From: Micavibrio sp. UBA1672
Lineage (GTDB): Bacteria > Pseudomonadota > Alphaproteobacteria > Micavibrionales > Micavibrionaceae
DNA length: 64,000 nucleotides
Assembly: GCA_002320665.1 (NCBI GenBank)
Contig: DCKO01000025.1
Coordinates: forward strand, 21,482-85,481
Reading direction: 5' to 3'
Shown here: piece after piece, positions 37,984-47,192 of the stretch
How the letters are laid out: each line of letters begins with the position of its first letter
How positions within the stretch are numbered: position 1 is the first letter of the stretch
Notes under the pieces: model-generated
Databases searched by the model: none
What the model was told of the DNA's origin: nothing
Seen by the model: the letters and a program-made list of their open reading frames with translations, nothing else
Program-made: the position numbers and the translations under genes

Positions 37984-40068
37984 TTATTTTGTCAGGTCGA
38001 CAACCCGACTTAGTGCACTGAGGCTTGTTACACCTTCAAGTACTTTAAGAATGCCATCGTCCTTCATACTTTTGAAGCCTTTTTTAATAGCAACGTCCCT
38101 TAATTTTGCTTTTGACTCATTTTTGGCAACAACTTCATCTAACTCACTATCAAAAAGAAGAATTTCTGCGATCGCCACGCGCCCCTTATACCCCTTGCCC
38201 ATGCAACTATCACAGCCCTTTTCCGAATGGGTGTAAATAGGCGGCAGGTTGGAACGGCCAACACCTATAATCTCGACTTCTTCATCTGTGGGTTTATGTT
38301 CAACCTTACAATCCTCACATAAGCGACGAGCCAAACGCTGGGCGAATACGGCGATAATGGCTCCTGCCAACATGCCGGGTTTCATGCCAAGGTCTAAAAG
38401 TCGCGGAATTGCACCAAAAGAATCATTGGTGTGAAGCGAGGTAAAAACCTGATGTCCTGTCATAGCCGCTTTCAGAGCCATTTCAGCAGTTGTTTTATCT
38501 CGAATCTCACCAATGAAGATAATATCGGGGTCTTGACGCAAAAGCGCTTTAATACCATCCGCAAACTCAAGCACGCCTTCACGAACATGTGTTTGACGAA
38601 TCATTGGCAAGGAATATTCAACTGGGTCTTCCAAAGTCTGGATATTGACCTGAACATCATTCACTTCGTTGAGCATAGAATAAAGCGTTGTTGTTTTACC
38701 ACTACCCGTCGGGCCAGTCACAATGATAATGCCCTCAGGTCTTGAATTAGCCTTATTAATTTTTTCTTTGTTTTCATCACTAAAGCCGAGACCTGATAAA
38801 GGCATAATACTTGCGCTTTTATCCAGAACACGAAGAACTATATTCTCGCCATTCACTGTTGGGAGTGAAGACACACGGAAATCCGCTTCACGGCCACCAA
38901 TATTAAGATTAAAACGTCCATCTTGCGGGCTGAGCTTATCCGCAATATTCATCTCGGACATAATTTTTAGCCTTTGGGAAATACCATTCCAATGCTGTTT
39001 ATGGAGAATTTGAGCTGTAAACAAGACACCGTCAAGGCGATAACGCAACCGTACAAAGTTTTCTTCAGGTTCAAAATGCAAGTCAGAAGCGCCTATTTTT
39101 ACGGCCTCAAAAACAAGTGCATTCACGAGACGAACGATCGGGTGAGAAAAAGCCTCTTTCTCACTTAGTGCAGCGACATCCTTTTGTTCCGTCCCCTCCT
39201 CTAGCTCCTGAAGAATATCTTTGATTGAGCTTGCGTAACCATATGATGCATCAATCGCATCCGATAATACAGCAGGCGTAGTCACCAAAGGTCTAACATG
39301 CATGTCTTTGCTGATGAAACGGCGTAGTGTATCAAGCGCTACAACATCATGGGGATCAGACATTGCCACATATAATCTATTATTATCGATCGAGACAGGT
39401 AAAACCTGATGTTTTACGGCGGTCGATTTATCCAAAAGCTCAAGTGCTTCGCTATCAACAATTGTATTTTTGGGGTCGAACAACCCATAGCCAGAGCTTT
39501 CAGCAAGGAAACCGATTAGGTCTGATTCTTCAATAAAACCTAACTCTACAAGAATTTCTCCAAGCATTTTTTTAGAGATTTTCTTTTCTTGCAAAGCTAC
39601 GTTTAGCTGGTCTTCGGTAATCAAGCCAGATGCGACCATCTGATCACCGATCCGGCCAGTATTTGCCTTTTTGCCATGCTGTTGTGCTTGAGCTTCCACC
39701 TCTGCTAAATGCTCTTCTTCATTTACCCCAAGCTCTTTTGTAGGAGGCTTCACTGAGCTAATTATCCCAGCTTCGGAAGATTCAACTTGTCCGGTGGGTG
39801 TTTCAATTTGTTCAGGAGCATTTTCCTGAATTGTAGATGATTCAGATGCCACCATATCAGGATTCATATCTAGCTGATCCATTCCAAAATCATCTGTACT
39901 ATTATGAGAAGTTTCTGCCTCTGATGTTTGCGTAGCTTCTAGCCCGTCTTCTACACTCACGTTAAAATCCACCTCTTCATCTTGATTGAATACAGGCGGT
40001 GTATCTTTCTTTTTTTCAGACAGCATTTCTTCTGTCTCTGGCGAAATATTAAGTTCTATATCGTCCAT
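37984..40068 (-). CDS. pilB: Type IV pilus assembly ATPase, PilB/MshE (GspE family), with tandem MshEN-type motifs
   Basis: Walker A GPTGSGKTTTLYSML, LEDPVEY, IGEIRD, TGHQVFTSLHTND, and a tetracysteine CEDC...CDSC motif. Residues 139-191 hold the tandem RLGxxLLxxGLI...L...L motifs. A 138-aa acidic extension sits at the N-terminus. Confidence 0.92.
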   Translation of the reverse strand: MDDIELNISPETEEMLSEKKKDTPPVFNQDEEVDFNVSVEDGLEATQTSEAETSHNSTDDFGMDQLDMNPDMVASESSTIQENAPEQIETPTGQVESSEAGIISSVKPPTKELGVNEEEHLAEVEAQAQQHGKKANTGRIGDQMVASGLITEDQLNVALQEKKISKKMLGEILVELGFIEESDLIGFLAESSGYGLFDPKNTIVDSEALELLDKSTAVKHQVLPVSIDNNRLYVAMSDPHDVVALDTLRRFISKDMHVRPLVTTPAVLSDAIDASYGYASSIKDILQELEEGTEQKDVAALSEKEAFSHPIVRLVNALVFEAVKIGASDLHFEPEENFVRLRYRLDGVLFTAQILHKQHWNGISQRLKIMSEMNIADKLSPQDGRFNLNIGGREADFRVSSLPTVNGENIVLRVLDKSASIMPLSGLGFSDENKEKINKANSRPEGIIIVTGPTGSGKTTTLYSMLNEVNDVQVNIQTLEDPVEYSLPMIRQTHVREGVLEFADGIKALLRQDPDIIFIGEIRDKTTAEMALKAAMTGHQVFTSLHTNDSFGAIPRLLDLGMKPGMLAGAIIAVFAQRLARRLCEDCKVEHKPTDEEVEIIGVGRSNLPPIYTHSEKGCDSCMGKGYKGRVAIAEILLFDSELDEVVAKNESKAKLRDVAIKKGFKSMKDDGILKVLEGVTSLSALSRVVDLTK

Positions 40069-40231
40069 AATACCATGATATACAGCTTACTAGGCGAGCT
40101 ATATTCTCTTTGTTAAAGTTTTAGAAAAACGCAGTAAAAATGATAATCATACCAATCCAAGCTTATTTTTATCATGGAAAGGTTAAAAAAAACCTACGAT
40201 AGCGGGAAATATAAGAAAAGTCTTAATTAAG

Positions 40232-40270
40232 AAAAATAAGCGCATAATTTGTTGCTATGCGCTTATTTTT
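40232..40270 (-). terminator. Rho-independent terminator after glnII (bidirectional in shape)
   Basis: Perfect 15-nt inverted repeat AAAAATAAGCGCATA / TATGCGCTTATTTTT with a 9-nt loop. The minus-strand RNA ends in a U-tract, 32 nt after the stop at 40302. Confidence 0.75.
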
Positions 40271-40301
40271 TGAAATTTATAAAATCTTACGACCTATTCA
40301 A

Positions 40302-41417
40302 TTACTCAGCTGCGATCGCTGTAACTGAAGCGTCTTTACGCGGCCATGAGGTAAATGTGAATAAAGTTTCATCAATACCGCAAATTGTGGCACTAATTCT
40401 TGCCGCTACAAGGTAAGGATCAGAGTTGGCACCCGGACGACGATCTTCAAAATAGCCATAGCCTTTAAGTGCAACAGGTTTTGGAATACGAATTGAACAT
40501 CCACGGTCAGCTTCACCGGCTTTGAATGTGTTAATGTCACATGTTTCATGCAAGCCTGTAAGACGATCAGCCAAACCGGCACCATAAAGAATAACGTGTT
40601 CTTTGTGCTTTTTACCAAGAGCTTCAACAGCAGCTTCAATAGCAGCCTTACCCTTAGACTTGTCGCGTGTGTCATTTGTAGAAACGTTTGTGTGCATACC
40701 TGCACCGTTCCAATCACCTTTTACTGGCTTGTTGTCCAGAGAAACACCAACACCATATTCTTCACCTACACGGTAAAGCAACCAACGGGCAATATGCATT
40801 TCATCTGTCACGCGAAGCGCTGAAGCTGGTTCTTTTGGATCACCACGGAAACCAATTTGGAATTCCCATTGTCCGGGCATCACTTCCGCATTAATTCCGT
40901 AGAACATTAAACCGGCATCGAGGCAAAGCTGGGCGTGGTCTTCGGCGATTTCGCGGCCAAAAATTTCATCGGCACCGACACCACAATAATATGGGCCTTG
41001 CGGACCCGGGTAACCGTGTTTAGGCCAGCCAAGAGGTGTTCTGTTTTTGAATAATGTGTATTCCTGTTCAAAACCAAACCATGGGTCTTGAGCACTTGCA
41101 CCAGCATCCAAAACAGCACGTAATTGTGCGCGTGAATTTGATTCATGCGGTGTGCCATCAGGGTTATTGACTTCGCACATTACCAAGTAATTGCCTTCGC
41201 CGCGGACAGGATCCTTAACGAAGTGAACTGGTTGAAGGATACAGTCTGAGTCACTACCGTCAGCCTGCATTGTAGAAGAGCCATCAAAGCTCCATTCTGG
41301 GAAATCCTCAATATCAGGATTAGCACCCAGATCAACAACACGTGCCTTGGAACGAAGACAGCGCGTAGGCACAGCACCATCAAGCCAAATATATTCGGCT
41401 AAAGTAAAATTAGGCAT
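40302..41417 (-). CDS. glnII: Glutamine synthetase, type II (eukaryote-like GSII)
   Basis: AEYIWLDG...RSK, FDGSST, GWPKHGYPGPQGPYYCGVGA, PGQWEFQIG, DWNGAGMHTN and SIRIP are hallmark GSII blocks. Confidence 0.9.
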   Translation of the reverse strand: MPNFTLAEYIWLDGAVPTRCLRSKARVVDLGANPDIEDFPEWSFDGSSTMQADGSDSDCILQPVHFVKDPVRGEGNYLVMCEVNNPDGTPHESNSRAQLRAVLDAGASAQDPWFGFEQEYTLFKNRTPLGWPKHGYPGPQGPYYCGVGADEIFGREIAEDHAQLCLDAGLMFYGINAEVMPGQWEFQIGFRGDPKEPASALRVTDEMHIARWLLYRVGEEYGVGVSLDNKPVKGDWNGAGMHTNVSTNDTRDKSKGKAAIEAAVEALGKKHKEHVILYGAGLADRLTGLHETCDINTFKAGEADRGCSIRIPKPVALKGYGYFEDRRPGANSDPYLVAARISATICGIDETLFTFTSWPRKDASVTAIAAE

Positions 41418-41557
41418 TTGTAATCTCCTTGATCAACTAAATATTTTTCTGATTCATTAACATACTCGCTGAAAAATTCAAGCTTTTTCGGGAATTATTA
41501 TATTCCTCAGCCCGCGCAGAGCTTTATTTCCATGAGATCAGGTAGAATGAAACAAAA

Positions 41558-42991
41558 TTAGGCAGAACGAAGAATTTCTTTCGCAAAATCACTTAAGGAA
41601 TCATCACGTGCGCCCATAATAATGATACGGTCGCCTGTTTTTGCTTCTTTTACAAAGTACGGTTTAATTTTTTCACGATTCTCGAACCAGAGTGCCTTTT
41701 TGCCTTTATTGATCAATCCATCAATAATATGAGCCGAGGTTACAGAGCGATCGACTGTCCCGCCAGCGTAATACACCTCGGGCATTATGATGATATCTTC
41801 GTCTGACATATTGCGGCTAAAGGCCTCTATAATCTCTTGCCCCATCAGACGTAAAGGACCAAAACCGTGGGGCTGAAACATAATAATAAGACGACCATCA
41901 AAAGACTTTAGTGTTTCAAGGCTAGCCGAGATTTTATCAGGATTATGCGCGAAGTCATCAATAATAGTTATACCGTTTTGCTCCCCGACATATTCGAGGC
42001 GTCTTTTGATTCCTTCAAATGAGAGAAGCCCTTCAATTGCTGATGTTACATTTACCCCACCAACTAAAGCTGCCCCTATAGCGGCAAGAGCATTCATAAT
42101 ATTATGCTTACCTGGCACTTTAAGGCTAACACGATAGAGCTGTCCTGTATGATTAAGTGTGAACTCAGTGCCATGTTTTGTATATTTTATATTATCTGCA
42201 AATAAATCTGCGGCTTTGTCTGAAAGGCTATAGCTTATTATTTTTGCAGAACCGCTTAGGCTACCAGCAATATTTTTCAGGCGTATATCGTCTATATTAA
42301 TGATAATGGCTTTTTTTGCTCTACTCAGAAATTTTTGGAAATAGCTTTCGATTTCTTCAATTGATTTATGATCCAGCGCAATATTATTCAACACAGCAAT
42401 ATCCGGCGTGTAATGCTCAATTGATCCATCGCTCTCATCAAGCTCGGCGATGAACAAGTCAGGATTTCCCACTTTAATATCTTGAAATGGGCCGGAGAAG
42501 TTTTTGACTTTACCGCCATTGACCACTGTAGGGTTATTGCCTGTAGCTGCAAATATTGTACCGATCATTCCGGTAACCGTTGATTTACCGCTTGTTCCAG
42601 CAATACCAATTGATGTTTTTGCCTTATTAAAAACCTCCGCTAGCAATTTACCTCGTTTGATAATGGGAATATCCATATCTTTAGCGCCTTTGACATCGGG
42701 AATTGTTTCTTCAATTGCTGTTGAGACTACTAGATAATCACAGCCCTTTACTCCGTTTCCATCCTGAGGGCATAAGACTATACCCAAATCTTTGAGCATT
42801 TTAAATTTTTCTGGTGATTTACCGTGATCGTAGGAACGATCAGACCCTAGCACTTCATGCCCACGTTGCTTAAGAAAAACAGAAAGCGGCATCATGCCGC
42901 TTCCGCCTATTCCACAAAAGAAATATTTCTTTATATCTGTCAAAATACGCCTATTCCGCAAATAACGGTGTCGGACCGGAGACTGCCTCAC
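41558..42991 (-). CDS. Mur ligase family protein (MurC/Mpl-like paralog)
   Basis: N-terminal Rossmann FFCGIGGSGMMPL...GSD, P-loop IGIAGTSGKSTVTGM, ELDESDGS, and DFAHNPDKI. The start is ambiguous: GTG 42991 overlaps the upstream gene by 41 nt, while TTG 42943 would give MTDIKKYFFCGIGG. Confidence 0.65.
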   Translation of the reverse strand: MRQSPVRHRYLRNRRILTDIKKYFFCGIGGSGMMPLSVFLKQRGHEVLGSDRSYDHGKSPEKFKMLKDLGIVLCPQDGNGVKGCDYLVVSTAIEETIPDVKGAKDMDIPIIKRGKLLAEVFNKAKTSIGIAGTSGKSTVTGMIGTIFAATGNNPTVVNGGKVKNFSGPFQDIKVGNPDLFIAELDESDGSIEHYTPDIAVLNNIALDHKSIEEIESYFQKFLSRAKKAIIINIDDIRLKNIAGSLSGSAKIISYSLSDKAADLFADNIKYTKHGTEFTLNHTGQLYRVSLKVPGKHNIMNALAAIGAALVGGVNVTSAIEGLLSFEGIKRRLEYVGEQNGITIIDDFAHNPDKISASLETLKSFDGRLIIMFQPHGFGPLRLMGQEIIEAFSRNMSDEDIIIMPEVYYAGGTVDRSVTSAHIIDGLINKGKKALWFENREKIKPYFVKEAKTGDRIIIMGARDDSLSDFAKEILRSA

Positions 42992-43685
42992 CAGAATCTA
43001 CTGGCGGTACAATTGCTGTTCCTCCCGAATTTTTTGAAGGCGTAGCTTCTGTAGTTTCACCAGTACCAAGACGCTCTAAAATAGTTTCTAAACTTCCTTT
43101 ATCCTGCGCTTCGACAGCAGAGTCATCTGACATATTCTGCTCTTGCATCATCTGCTCTCTTTCACCACGGCGCCATATTTTGGCGGGTTCTTTGTTTTTA
43201 TCGCTATTCATGCGTGGTGCAGCCGGACGAAATTCCTCAAGATCATATTCTTCAGGTTGTTTGATGTCAGGGCTATTATGCTTTGGCAAGTCATTGGGCA
43301 CGATGGCTTCTTGAGAGAAATCAACAGCAATCACATCAGGATAATGGAACAATGATTTCGAAGCATAATCCCAAGCCATACCAGCTGGCGTTCCCCAAAT
43401 CGCTTTGGTTTCAAGACTAGGTGCAACGGTCATGGTTATACGTCTGTTACCTGGCGCCATACAATCAAGCTTCATATCATTTTCAGATTTCATGATGTTC
43501 ATTTTTTGCGGCGGGTTTATCTGATACCGGATTTTGTCTACCCAGACATCACAGCGGGCATTTTCTGCACCAGGTGTAATAATTTTCACGGTCTGATTGG
43601 ATTTCTCGACGGCATAACCACATGCAGCAAGAATTACAACCGAAGAAAGAGATAAAATTTTAATGGTATTTTGACGTAAAGGCAT
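42951..43685 (-). CDS. Hypothetical lipoprotein
   Basis: Lipobox SSVVILAAC after a basic N-terminus. The C-terminal third is acidic/Pro-rich and probably disordered. Confidence 0.55.
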   Translation of the reverse strand: MPLRQNTIKILSLSSVVILAACGYAVEKSNQTVKIITPGAENARCDVWVDKIRYQINPPQKMNIMKSENDMKLDCMAPGNRRITMTVAPSLETKAIWGTPAGMAWDYASKSLFHYPDVIAVDFSQEAIVPNDLPKHNSPDIKQPEEYDLEEFRPAAPRMNSDKNKEPAKIWRRGEREQMMQEQNMSDDSAVEAQDKGSLETILERLGTGETTEATPSKNSGGTAIVPPVDSGEAVSGPTPLFAE

Positions 43686-43813
43686 TTGACGTTTTCCGAT
43701 ACACTAGAGTTACTCGACAACAAGACCTCACGACCATAGCTTAAAACTGTAGCCATGACAATAGGATAGCAAGCAAGCTTGCCATTTATGCTACATAAAT
43801 TTTTCAAGCGCTC

Positions 43814-46393
43814 TTATGCATCAAACACCAATTTATCATCCTTGAGTGTCACCTTGACGGTTTCGCCTTCGGTAAATTCACCTTTCAGGATGAGTTCGGC
43901 AAGCTCATTTTGTAGCTCGGTCTGGATAACCCGTTTAAGCGGGCGCGCTCCATAGACAGGATCATATCCTTTATCTCCAATCCACTTCTTGGCATCTTCA
44001 CTTACTTCTATATCAAGTCGTTGAGCCTTGAGAAGTTTGCGCAAATAACCGAGTTGAATATCGATAATACCCGTCAGGTTTTCTCTGGATAGACGAGAGA
44101 AGAGCAAAATTTCATCCAATCTGTTCAAAAACTCCGGTCTGAAAGCATCGCGTACTTCACTCATAACGGCCTCGCGAACGCTTTCAACTTTCTCGCCTTC
44201 TTTGAGACTAACCAAAAACTCACTGCCAAGGTTCGAGGTTAAAATCAGCACCGTATTGCTGAAATCGACCGTTCGCCCCTGCCCGTCCGTCAAACGTCCT
44301 TCATCGAGGACCTGAAGCAGGACATTAAAGACATCGGGATGAGCTTTTTCAATCTCGTCAAAGAGCACAACCTGATACGGCCTGCGGCGTACAGCCTCTG
44401 TCAAAGCGCCGCCTTCATCATAGCCGACATAGCCTGGCGGTGCGCCGATCATCCGTGAGACGGAGTGTTTCTCCATGTATTCGGACATGTCCATGCGTAT
44501 CATTGCAGTTTCATCATCGAATAGGAATTCCGCCAATGTTTTGGTCAGCTCGGTTTTTCCTACACCCGTTGGGCCCAAGAACAGGAATGAGCCGATAGGA
44601 CGGCGTGGGTCTTGCAGGCCAGAGCGAGAGCGACGGATAGCATTAGAGACAGCCTCAACGGCCTCATCCTGCCCGATCACTCTTTGTCTGAGGCTATCTT
44701 CCATATGAAGCAGCTTTTCGCGTTCACCTTCCATCATTTTATCGACCGGAATGCCAGTCCATTTTCCAACGATATAAGCAATATCATTCGCCGTAACTTC
44801 TTCATTGATAATATTTTCTTCTTGCGTTTCAGAGACATCTGTCAGCTTCTTCTCAAGCTCCGGTATGGTCGCATATTTTAATTCACTGGCACGCGCCCAG
44901 TTTCGCTCGCGCTCGGCCTGTTCAAGCTCAATACGAGCCTTATCAAGGCTTTCAGTCAGTTTCTGGCCCGCATTTAGCTTTTCTTTTTCCGCCTGCCATT
45001 GAGATGTTAAGTCCGCCGACTTCGCTTCAGCTTCGTTTAGCTCTTCTTCAAGCTTTTCCAAGCGCTCCTGAGACGCTTTATCTTTTTCCTTATTCAAGGC
45101 CTCTTTTTCGATTTTTAGCTGGATGATACGGCGATCAAGTTCGTCGATCTCCTCCGGCTTACTATCTACCTGCATGCGCAATCTGGCGGCTGCTTCGTCC
45201 ACAAGGTCAATAGCCTTATCCGGCAAGAATCGATCCGTGATATAGCGATTAGATAATGTTGTCGCAGCAACTATTGCTGCATCAGTAATACGAACTCCGT
45301 GGTGTAATTCGTATTTCTCCTTGATCCCACGCAGAATAGAAATTGTATCCTCAACTGTTGGCTCTTCTACAAAGACCGGCTGGAAACGCCGTGCAAGAGC
45401 GGCATCTTTTTCGATATGCTTACGGTACTCATCCAGCGTGGTTGCGCCGACCATATGCAGCACACCTCTAGCCAATGCAGGTTTTAGCATATTTGATGCA
45501 TCCATTGCGCCGTCTGCTTTTCCGGCTCCTACTAGCGTGTGAAGCTCATCAAGGAAGAGAATAATCTCACCAGTGGCATTTTCAATTTCATCGATAACAG
45601 CTTTTAAGCGTTCTTCGAATTCACCGCGATATTTAGCCCCTGCCAAAAGCGCGCCCAAATCCAAAGACATCAAGCGTTTATCGCGCAAAGATTCTGGCAC
45701 ATCATTTTTGACAATGCGCTGCGCCAGACCTTCGATAATGGCGGTCTTACCAACGCCCGGTTCACCGATTAAAACGGGATTGTTTTTTGTACGTCGAGAA
45801 AGGACCTGTATTGTGCGCCGAATTTCTTCTTCGCGTCCAATGATCGGATCAATTTTTCCTTCACTGGCAGCCTTCGTCAGATCACGCGCGTATCTTTCAA
45901 GCGCATCAAATTGATCTTCGGCTGTTGCGGAATCTGCTGTTTTACCTTTTCTGATCTGGTTAATAGCCTGATTAAGAACCTCGTCACTCAAGCCTGCATT
46001 TTCCAACATCTCAGAAATATCAGAGCGTTTTGCTAAGACCATGGCTTGCAAGACTCTCTCAGCTGTAACAAAGCTATCTCCTGCCTTTGATGAGATGTCT
46101 TCAGCATTGGCCATGATTTTTGCCAAATCAGATGAAATTCGAAGCTGTCCCGCACCAGAGCCCTGCACGACCGGAAATTTGGCAATTGCTTTCTCGCATC
46201 CTGAAACCAGATCCTGCGCCTTAACACCTGCGACTTGTAACACCTTACGGATATGCGCATCCGTATCATCCAGCATAACTTTGAGAAAATGTTCAGGCTC
46301 AAGGGATTGGTGATTATACCGCAGAGCCAAAGTTTGTGCTTGCTGTAAGAAGCCTTTTGTTTTTTCCGTATATTTATCGAAATTCATGGGCAA
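43814..46393 (-). CDS. clpB: ATP-dependent chaperone ClpB
   Basis: 859 aa with two AAA+ modules ([20 protein letters not shown]), a long middle coiled coil, and the Clp N-domain. Confidence 0.97.
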   Translation of the reverse strand: MPMNFDKYTEKTKGFLQQAQTLALRYNHQSLEPEHFLKVMLDDTDAHIRKVLQVAGVKAQDLVSGCEKAIAKFPVVQGSGAGQLRISSDLAKIMANAEDISSKAGDSFVTAERVLQAMVLAKRSDISEMLENAGLSDEVLNQAINQIRKGKTADSATAEDQFDALERYARDLTKAASEGKIDPIIGREEEIRRTIQVLSRRTKNNPVLIGEPGVGKTAIIEGLAQRIVKNDVPESLRDKRLMSLDLGALLAGAKYRGEFEERLKAVIDEIENATGEIILFLDELHTLVGAGKADGAMDASNMLKPALARGVLHMVGATTLDEYRKHIEKDAALARRFQPVFVEEPTVEDTISILRGIKEKYELHHGVRITDAAIVAATTLSNRYITDRFLPDKAIDLVDEAAARLRMQVDSKPEEIDELDRRIIQLKIEKEALNKEKDKASQERLEKLEEELNEAEAKSADLTSQWQAEKEKLNAGQKLTESLDKARIELEQAERERNWARASELKYATIPELEKKLTDVSETQEENIINEEVTANDIAYIVGKWTGIPVDKMMEGEREKLLHMEDSLRQRVIGQDEAVEAVSNAIRRSRSGLQDPRRPIGSFLFLGPTGVGKTELTKTLAEFLFDDETAMIRMDMSEYMEKHSVSRMIGAPPGYVGYDEGGALTEAVRRRPYQVVLFDEIEKAHPDVFNVLLQVLDEGRLTDGQGRTVDFSNTVLILTSNLGSEFLVSLKEGEKVESVREAVMSEVRDAFRPEFLNRLDEILLFSRLSRENLTGIIDIQLGYLRKLLKAQRLDIEVSEDAKKWIGDKGYDPVYGARPLKRVIQTELQNELAELILKGEFTEGETVKVTLKDDKLVFDA

Positions 46394-46473
46394 CCTTTTG
46401 AATACTGAAATTGAGTAAAACCAAGAGAGTCTTACTTAGCAAAAAACAAGGAAAAATTAAAATGATATAAATC

Positions 46474-46503
46474 AAAAAAGCGTTCCTGAGACAGAACGCT
46501 TTT
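46474..46503 (-). terminator. Rho-independent terminator after the DUF4167 gene
   Basis: Minus-strand AAAAGCGUUC-UGUCUCAG-GAACGCUUUU, followed by UUGAUUU. It lies 30 nt after the stop at 46534. Confidence 0.7.
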
Positions 46504-46533
46504 GTATAAGTAGATTAATAAATACTTATTTTC

Positions 46534-46968
46534 TTAATCGGCAGATTCCATTTCTTTCTCTTCGACCGGAATATTATCACCAAGAATGCTGGCGGGAAGA
46601 CTTAGATCATCAGAAGATGCAGATTTTTTCTGCTCCTGAATTGGTGCCGTGCCATCAAAATCATCACTGTTGTTCACTTCACCGGAAATGCGGTCAGTCA
46701 CTTTTTCAAGATCAAATGTGCCATTTGCCTCATTGATGATACGTATATAGTGCTCCGCATGCTGATAATAGCTCTCGGCAAGAATGCGATCACCTGCAGA
46801 AATAGAGTCTTTTGCCAAAGCCAGATATTTTTCAGCTACCTGATGCGCAGTGCCTCTGATACGAACATCCGGTCCGTTGCTATCATAGACTTGCGCGCGT
46901 TTCTGGTTACTGCGACGTCCTCCATTGCTTCGGCTTCTTTGTCTTCTATTCGATGTTCCGTGTCTCAT
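46534..46968 (-). CDS. DUF4167-domain protein
   Basis: Arg-rich N-terminus (MRHGTSNRRQRSRSNGGRR), then YDSNGPDVRIRGTAHQVAEKYLALAKDS...AESYYQHAEHY, as in the alphaproteobacterial DUF4167 family. I preferred ATG 46968 as the start over 47004. Confidence 0.75.
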   Translation of the reverse strand: MRHGTSNRRQRSRSNGGRRSNQKRAQVYDSNGPDVRIRGTAHQVAEKYLALAKDSISAGDRILAESYYQHAEHYIRIINEANGTFDLEKVTDRISGEVNNSDDFDGTAPIQEQKKSASSDDLSLPASILGDNIPVEEKEMESAD

Positions 46969-47192
46969 GTTTCCAACTTCACCAGTCTTAAAAAAGTTAT
47001 ACAAATACCTGATTCAATATATAAAATTTAGGCACAAAACTCTACTCTGCGCGATATAGTTATGCACAGCTAAATTCAAATATTGATATTAGCTAACCCG
47101 ACTAAATTCTCTGTAATTCCGCTAATGTCGTCGAGTGATCTTAAGGTACTTGCAACCACCTTTCCGGCGCAACCCGAAAGGTAAAAAAAAAA

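Noticed and set aside
43773-43782. GCAAGCTTGC perfect palindrome between clpB and the lipoprotein gene, considered as a possible terminator or operator.
   Set aside because: A 10-nt palindrome with no loop cannot form a stable terminator hairpin, and no U-tract follows. It is probably a chance occurrence (it contains a HindIII site).
47156-47192. Strong hairpin ACCTTTCCGG-CGCAA-CCCGAAAGGT flanked by A10, immediately after the prmC stop.
   Set aside because: On the minus strand (the prmC transcript) the U-tract precedes rather than follows the stem. On the plus strand the stem is followed by an A-tract. Neither orientation is a canonical intrinsic terminator, and I could support no plus-strand gene or sRNA upstream.
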